Assembly (NCBI GenBank): GCA_031431125.1
Contig: JANPCX010000040.1
Location: 46,994-110,993, forward strand
DNA from: Burkholderiales bacterium
GTDB taxonomy: Bacteria; Pseudomonadota; Gammaproteobacteria; Burkholderiales; Burkholderiaceae_C
Reading direction: 5' to 3'
DNA length: 64,000 nt
A model generated the notes under the pieces. It saw only the letters and a list, made by a program, of their open reading frames with translations, was not told where the DNA came from and ran no database searches. How positions within the stretch are numbered: the stretch's first letter is position 1; every line of letters starts with the position of its first letter. Shown here one piece after another: positions 59,123 through 64,000 of the stretch. A program made the position numbers and the translations under genes.

Positions 59123-60472
59123 ATGTTTAAAAAAATATTGATTGCAAATCGCGGAGAGATAGCACTACGGATCCAACGCGCCTGCCGTGAAATGGGCATC
59201 AAAGCGGTGGTGGTGTATTCCGAAGCCGATCGCGAGGCCAAGTATGTGAAACTGGCGGAAGAAGCGGTGTGCATCGGACCTGCATCGTCCGCGCAGAGCT
59301 ACCTCAACATGCCGGCCATCATTGCCACGGCCGAGGTGACCGACGCTGAAGCCATCCACCCTGGCTACGGTTTCCTGTCTGAGAATGCCGACTTTGCCGA
59401 GCGCGTAGAACGCAGCGGATTCGCCTTCATTGGCCCCACACCAGAATCCATCCGCATCATGGGTGACAAGGTGTCGGCCAAACAGGCCATGATCAAGTCG
59501 GGCGTGCCTTGTGTTCCGGGTTCAGAGGGTGCACTTCCCGAAGACCCGAAAGAAATCATCCGCCAGGCCCGCGCCATTGGCTACCCGGTGATCATCAAGG
59601 CCGCTGGCGGTGGTGGCGGGCGCGGCATGCGCGTGGTGCACACAGAAGCCGCCCTGATCCATGCGGTGCAGACGACTCGTGCTGAAGCTGGCGCAGCGTT
59701 CGGTAACTCAGCGGTCTACATGGAAAAGTTCCTGGAGAACCCACGCCACATTGAAATTCAAATTTTGGCCGACCAGCACCGCAATGCCGTTTGGCTGGGT
59801 GAACGCGACTGCTCCATGCAGCGCCGCCACCAAAAAGTCATCGAAGAAGCACCGGCACCCGGCATCCCGCGCAAGGTGATTGAGAAGATTGGTGAACGTT
59901 GCGTGGCCGCCTGCAAAAAAATCGGCTACCGCGGTGCTGGCACCTTTGAGTTTTTGTACGAGAACGGCGAGTTTTTCTTCATTGAAATGAACACGCGTGT
60001 GCAGGTGGAGCATCCGGTGACAGAACTGGTCACGGGGATCGACATCGTGCAAACCCAAATTCGCGTGGCGGCCGGCGAAAAGCTGCCCTTTGCCCAGCGC
60101 GACATTCAATTGCGCGGCCACGCCATTGAATGCCGGGTAAATGCGGAAGACCCCTACAAATTCGTCCCGTCACCGGGGCGCATCACGATGTGGCACGCAC
60201 CCGGCGGCCCCGGTGTTCGCGTTGACTCTCACATTTACACCAACTACTTTGTGCCCCCCAACTACGACTCGATGATTGGAAAAATCATCACCCATGGCGA
60301 CACCCGCCAGCAGGCGATGGCGCGCATGAGCATCGCGCTGTCGGAGACGGTGGTGGAAGGCATTCAAACCAACATTCCTCTGCACCGCGAGTTGATGGTG
60401 GACGCCAAGTTCATGGAAGGTGGCACCAGCATCCATTACCTGGAAGGTTGGCTCAGCAAACACCAGCGCTGA
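59123..60472 (+). CDS. accC: Acetyl-CoA carboxylase biotin carboxylase subunit
   Basis: 449 aa starting [17 protein letters not shown], with ATP-grasp motifs ([22 protein letters not shown]). Confidence 0.97.
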   Translation: MFKKILIANRGEIALRIQRACREMGIKAVVVYSEADREAKYVKLAEEAVCIGPASSAQSYLNMPAIIATAEVTDAEAIHPGYGFLSENADFAERVERSGFAFIGPTPESIRIMGDKVSAKQAMIKSGVPCVPGSEGALPEDPKEIIRQARAIGYPVIIKAAGGGGGRGMRVVHTEAALIHAVQTTRAEAGAAFGNSAVYMEKFLENPRHIEIQILADQHRNAVWLGERDCSMQRRHQKVIEEAPAPGIPRKVIEKIGERCVAACKKIGYRGAGTFEFLYENGEFFFIEMNTRVQVEHPVTELVTGIDIVQTQIRVAAGEKLPFAQRDIQLRGHAIECRVNAEDPYKFVPSPGRITMWHAPGGPGVRVDSHIYTNYFVPPNYDSMIGKIITHGDTRQQAMARMSIALSETVVEGIQTNIPLHRELMVDAKFMEGGTSIHYLEGWLSKHQR

Positions 60473-60486
60473 GCTCACTGACCATC

Positions 60487-61383
60487 ATGTTTGAGCTGTT
60501 GTTGTTGGCCCCAGAAGCCTCGGTCGAGTGGGTGTCTGATGCGCTGATGGACGAGTTGGACGCGCTGTCGGTGTCGGTGGAGGATTTCGATGCCGACACA
60601 CCCGAGGAGCGCGCACTCTTTGGCGAGCCCGGCATGCCGGTCAACCAGCAGGGTTGGCAACGGTCCGTCGTCAAGGCGCTGTTTGCGACCGAAGCCGCGG
60701 CCACAGAAGCCGCTACCTTGCTCTTGGCACAAGAGGACGGCAGCGAGCTTCACGTACAGCAGTTGCAGGCCGTACCGGAGCAAGACTGGGTGCGTATCAC
60801 GCAGTCCCAGTTTGCGCCTGTGGAAATCACACCAACGTTTTGGATCGTGCCCACTTGGCATGAACCACCGGCTCAGGCCCAGCAAGTCATCCGTTTGGAT
60901 CCGGGTCTTGCGTTTGGCACCGGCACCCACCCCACTACACGCATGTGCTTGCGCTGGATTGCCGCGCAGGGCCGGTTTGCTCAAGCGGGCTGCCGGGTGC
61001 TCGACTACGGCTGCGGCTCGGGCATTTTGGCCATCGGCGCCGCACTGCACGGTGCCACCGACATCGACGCCGTGGACATCGATCCGGCCGCAGTAACGTC
61101 CAGCCTGGCCAATGCCCAGGCCAACGGTGTCACCCTGAAGGCCGGTCTGCCTGACGCTTGCGCGGGGCACTACGCCGTGGTGTTGGCCAATATTCTGGCA
61201 ACGCCATTAAAACTGCTTGCTCCCCTGTTATGCGGTCACGTCGCCCAAGGTGGTGATTTGGTTTTGGCCGGCATACTGGAGCGACAAGCCGACGAGTTGA
61301 TGCAGGCCTACGCGCCATGGTTGTCGCTGCAAGTCGCGGACAGCCAAGATGGATGGATTTTGATGACGGGCCGCATGGCATGA
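60487..61383 (+). CDS. prmA: Ribosomal protein L11 methyltransferase
   Basis: ORF 60448..61383, with the ATG at 60487. It has LAFGTGTHPTT and the SAM motif VLDYGCGSGILAI. Confidence 0.92.
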   Translation: MFELLLLAPEASVEWVSDALMDELDALSVSVEDFDADTPEERALFGEPGMPVNQQGWQRSVVKALFATEAAATEAATLLLAQEDGSELHVQQLQAVPEQDWVRITQSQFAPVEITPTFWIVPTWHEPPAQAQQVIRLDPGLAFGTGTHPTTRMCLRWIAAQGRFAQAGCRVLDYGCGSGILAIGAALHGATDIDAVDIDPAAVTSSLANAQANGVTLKAGLPDACAGHYAVVLANILATPLKLLAPLLCGHVAQGGDLVLAGILERQADELMQAYAPWLSLQVADSQDGWILMTGRMA

Positions 61384-61390
61384 TTCCGGT

Positions 61391-62419
61391 ATGAGCAGCC
61401 TGGCCACCCGTTGCACCGCTTGCAGCACCGTCTTCAAGGTGGTTCAGGACCAGCTCAAGGTCTCCAAAGGCTGGGTGCGCTGTGGACGCTGCGACACGGT
61501 ATTCAACGCGCTCGAAGAACTCTTTGAACTCAATGGCGACACCATCATCGGCGGGGTGCGCCAACCTGTGGTTCGCCCCACCCTGCCGGGATTGCCGCAG
61601 CAGCCGCGCACCGATGTCATTGACAGCCACGAGAGGTCATTGCGGGGAAGTGACGATGTCGGGGACGATCCACCACAAGCGCCCGCTGATGCCCACGATG
61701 AGTTTTCACGCAGCTTGTTCGGGCCGCACCGAAAAAATCCGGATCAAACGCCATCGGATTTGGTCAAACGCCGCGATCGCAACGAGTTCGCCGATGCGCA
61801 ATTCGACTCCGATCTGATGACGGAAGAGGACGCACTCCCAACACCCAACCCATCGAGCCCCAAGTCGCAGGCCGACTACACCCCACCCCTGCCTACTGAC
61901 GAAACACCGGCTTTTGTTCGCCATGCGGACCGCCAAGCCCGCTGGAAATCTCCACGTGCTCGCTGGTTGCTGTCTTTGGCATCCGTGTTCATGGCGGTCA
62001 CCTTGGGGCTACAGCTCACCCACCATTGGCGTGACCGTTTGGCAGCGGAAATTCCTGCGAGCACGCCCTACCTCGCCCAGTGGTGCGGGTGGTTGAGTTG
62101 TAAGGTGGAAACCTTGCGCTCTATCAAAGACATCACGGTAGAAACCTCGGCATTGAACCGTTTACCTCAGAGCAGCGATGCCTATCGTTTGTCTGTCACG
62201 CTGCGCAACCGCGGACATGTGAGTTTGCGGCTGCCTTCGGTGGACTTGAGTGTCAACGACGGCGCGGGTCAGTTGCTTGCGAGGCGTACATTGCATCCTT
62301 CAGATTTTCAAACTCGCCAAGACGCCGTCGCCGCCAACAGCGAGGTGACATTGGCGCTGGTGCTCAAATCCATCAACCCACGCGTCAACGGCTACACGGT
62401 TGAGGTGTTCTACCCCTGA
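61391..62419 (+). CDS. Zinc-ribbon plus DUF3426-type membrane protein
   Basis: 342 aa with an N-terminal MJ0042-type zinc ribbon (CTACSTVF...VRCGRCDTVF), a disordered linker, one TM and a C-terminal beta-rich domain. This is its usual position after prmA in betaproteobacteria. Confidence 0.75.
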   Translation: MSSLATRCTACSTVFKVVQDQLKVSKGWVRCGRCDTVFNALEELFELNGDTIIGGVRQPVVRPTLPGLPQQPRTDVIDSHERSLRGSDDVGDDPPQAPADAHDEFSRSLFGPHRKNPDQTPSDLVKRRDRNEFADAQFDSDLMTEEDALPTPNPSSPKSQADYTPPLPTDETPAFVRHADRQARWKSPRARWLLSLASVFMAVTLGLQLTHHWRDRLAAEIPASTPYLAQWCGWLSCKVETLRSIKDITVETSALNRLPQSSDAYRLSVTLRNRGHVSLRLPSVDLSVNDGAGQLLARRTLHPSDFQTRQDAVAANSEVTLALVLKSINPRVNGYTVEVFYP

Positions 62420-62487
62420 ATTTCGCTGCCTCTTGTCCGCTCAGCACTTGAAATGTTGAGCGAGTTTTCAATCGTTCTGGAGTTTTC

Positions 62488-63393
62488 ATGTCGGCACTCA
62501 TTTGTGGCTCTCTTGCCTTCGACACCATCACCATGTTTCCCGGAAGATTTGCGCAGCAAATTTTGCCGGAGCAGGTGCATATCTTGAATGTGTCATTCCT
62601 GGTCCCCACGCTGCGCCGCGAGTTCGGGGGCTGTGCGGGCAACATTGCCTACAACCTTGCTGCGCTCGGCGGGCAAGCGGTGGTCATGGCCGCGGTCGGC
62701 AACGACGGAGCCGAATATGTAGAGCGTCTGCGAAGCTGGGGCGTCAACACCGACCATGTACGAAGCGTGGCCGACCACTACACCGCGCAAGCCATCATCA
62801 TCACGGACACCGACAACAACCAGATCACCGCGTTTCACCCCGGTGCCATGCAATCGGCCCACCTCACCCCGGTGCCTTCTGACTCCAGCATTCGTTTGGC
62901 CATCGTCGCCCCGGACGGACGCGACGCCATGCTGCAGCACGCGGCGCAGTTGAAAGCAGCCAACATCCCCTTCATCTTCGATCCCGGCCAAGGCTTGCCC
63001 ATGTTTGACGGGACCGAACTCAATAATTTCATTGCTCAGGCCACCTGGGTGGCGCTGAACGACTACGAAGCTCGCATGTTGTGCGACAGAACCGGACACA
63101 CCTTGGAGTCGCTGTCGCGCAGCCATTTGCGCGGCGTGGTCGTCACCTTGGGCGGCGACGGATGCGAGCTTTGGGAGCAAGGCCAGCGCCAGCATGTGCC
63201 CGGTGTGAAGGCCACCGAGGTGCTTGACCCCACGGGTTGCGGCGACGCGTTTCGCGCCGCGCTGCTCTATGGCCTGGAGCGTGACTGGGATTTGCAGCGA
63301 TGCGCCAAGTTGGGCAACCAATTGGGTGCGCTCAAGATTGCCTCTCGCGGTGGTCAGAACCATGCTCTGGTTCGCACACAACTCGGTCTTTAG
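62488..63393 (+). CDS. PfkB-family carbohydrate/nucleoside kinase
   Basis: 301 aa with FGGCAGNIAYNL near the N-terminus and the C-terminal DPTGCGDAFRAA anion-hole motif. Confidence 0.82.
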   Translation: MSALICGSLAFDTITMFPGRFAQQILPEQVHILNVSFLVPTLRREFGGCAGNIAYNLAALGGQAVVMAAVGNDGAEYVERLRSWGVNTDHVRSVADHYTAQAIIITDTDNNQITAFHPGAMQSAHLTPVPSDSSIRLAIVAPDGRDAMLQHAAQLKAANIPFIFDPGQGLPMFDGTELNNFIAQATWVALNDYEARMLCDRTGHTLESLSRSHLRGVVVTLGGDGCELWEQGQRQHVPGVKATEVLDPTGCGDAFRAALLYGLERDWDLQRCAKLGNQLGALKIASRGGQNHALVRTQLGL

Positions 63394-63452
63394 AGACTCG
63401 TCCAAGACCGGGGTTCAACCTCACATGCAGTCGAGTCGCATCACGACCGAAC

Positions 63453-63481
63453 AAAAAAAACCCGGCCAAGGCCGGGTTTTT
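63453..63481. terminator. Bidirectional rho-independent terminator
   Basis: AAAAAAAACCCGGCCAAGGCCGGGTTTTT lies between the convergent kinase and H1-like genes. Confidence 0.78.
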
Positions 63482-63498
63482 GACGGGTACCAGCAAGC

Positions 63499-63957
63499 TT
63501 AAGGCTTGTTGCCCGTTGGGAAAGGCCAAGCCGCTTGGGGGCTGAGAGCCGTCTTCGCAGCAGGGGCAGCAGCAGGGGCAGGCGCCTTAGCTGCGGGCTT
63601 TTTCGCCGCTTTTTTCGCTGCAGGTTTTTTCGCAGCAGGCTTCTTCGCAGCAGCTTTCTTAGGAGCGGCCTTCTTGGCAGCAGCTTTCTTAGGAGCGGCT
63701 TTCTTGGCAGCAGCTTTCTTAGGAGCGGCTTTCTTCGCTGCAACCTTCTTAGGGGCAGCCTTCTTCGCTGCAGCTTTCTTCGGTGCAGCTTTCTTCACGA
63801 CTTTCTTGGCCGCTACTTTCTTAGGAGCCGCTTTTTTCGCTGCTGCCTTTTTCGGTGCTGCCTTCTTCGCCGCTGCTTTTTTCGCAGGGGCTTTTTTCAC
63901 TGCCGCTTTTTTAGCGGGTGCTTTCTTGGCCGGAGCCTTCTTTTTCGCAGTTGCCAT
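63499..63957 (-). CDS. Histone H1-like Ala/Lys-repeat nucleoid protein
   Basis: 152 aa. The ATG follows GGAGA. About 85% of the protein is built from AAKKAAPKK-type repeats, with a non-repeat C-terminal tail ([16 protein letters not shown]). Confidence 0.8.
   Translation of the reverse strand: MATAKKKAPAKKAPAKKAAVKKAPAKKAAAKKAAPKKAAAKKAAPKKVAAKKVVKKAAPKKAAAKKAAPKKVAAKKAAPKKAAAKKAAPKKAAAKKAAPKKAAAKKPAAKKPAAKKAAKKPAAKAPAPAAAPAAKTALSPQAAWPFPTGNKP
63647..63796. repeat. Tandem 30-bp coding repeat (at least 5 units) inside the H1-like gene
   Basis: The units start at 63647, 63677, 63707, 63737 and 63767. The first three are GCAGCAGCTTTCTTAGGAGCGGC(C/T)TTCTT(G/C). Units 2 and 3 differ only at their last base, and unit 1 differs from unit 2 at one position. 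The last two units are diverged. Each unit encodes 10 aa. Confidence 0.88.
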
Positions 63958-64000
63958 TACATTTCTCCTTGATCAAGTTACAAGAGAACTGTCCGAGCAC

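Noticed and set aside
62593-63405. 270-codon ORF antisense to the PfkB kinase gene
   Set aside because: The kinase frame has the GG and DPTGxGD motifs, and the antisense product is Arg/Gly/Val-rich.
63647-63796. Possible CRISPR-like array because of regularly spaced 30-bp repeats
   Set aside because: The units are directly abutting with no spacers, they are in frame within a coding sequence, and no cas genes are nearby.
63535-63972. 145-codon plus-strand ORF (Phe/Leu/Arg/Ser repeats) opposite the H1-like gene
   Set aside because: It is a mirror image of the Ala/Lys coding repeat. The minus-strand gene has a strong GGAGA RBS and a terminator, and the plus ORF has neither.

Overview
This is a 64-kb chromosomal segment of roughly 60% GC. 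Its gene content and order look like a Burkholderiales (Comamonadaceae-like) betaproteobacterium: Bug/TctC-type binding proteins, rplM-rpsI...erpA, pilMNOPQ next to mrcA, cyaY/lptM, aroE-mtgA, accBC-prmA-DUF3426, and an Ala/Lys-rich H1-like protein. That placement is inferred from synteny only. I can support about 60 protein-coding genes, one frameshifted gene relic, a small REP-like palindrome family, a coding 30-bp tandem repeat, several hairpin terminators and one candidate TetR operator. I saw no rRNA, tRNA, CRISPR array, IS element, integrase or prophage, and most of the window is housekeeping.

The parts that deserve a second look are these:
- The pilMNOPQ operon does not end at pilQ. 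It runs into a lower-GC 582-codon Ig-like lipoprotein carrying a canonical EF-hand loop, then a 133-aa ORFan.
- A lower-GC islet at about 10.2-14.6 kb holds a TauE exporter, two orphan solute-binding proteins and a frameshifted Bug-family relic.
- ATTCCC-N8-GGGAAT palindromes are inserted inside an ABC importer operon that is bracketed by two acyl-CoA ligases.
- Two gaps of about 700 bp have no gene I can name.
- Five unrelated genes are linked by 4-nt start/stop overlaps.

I cannot demonstrate a clearly novel multi-gene system from sequence alone. The pilus-linked lipoprotein pair is the best candidate.
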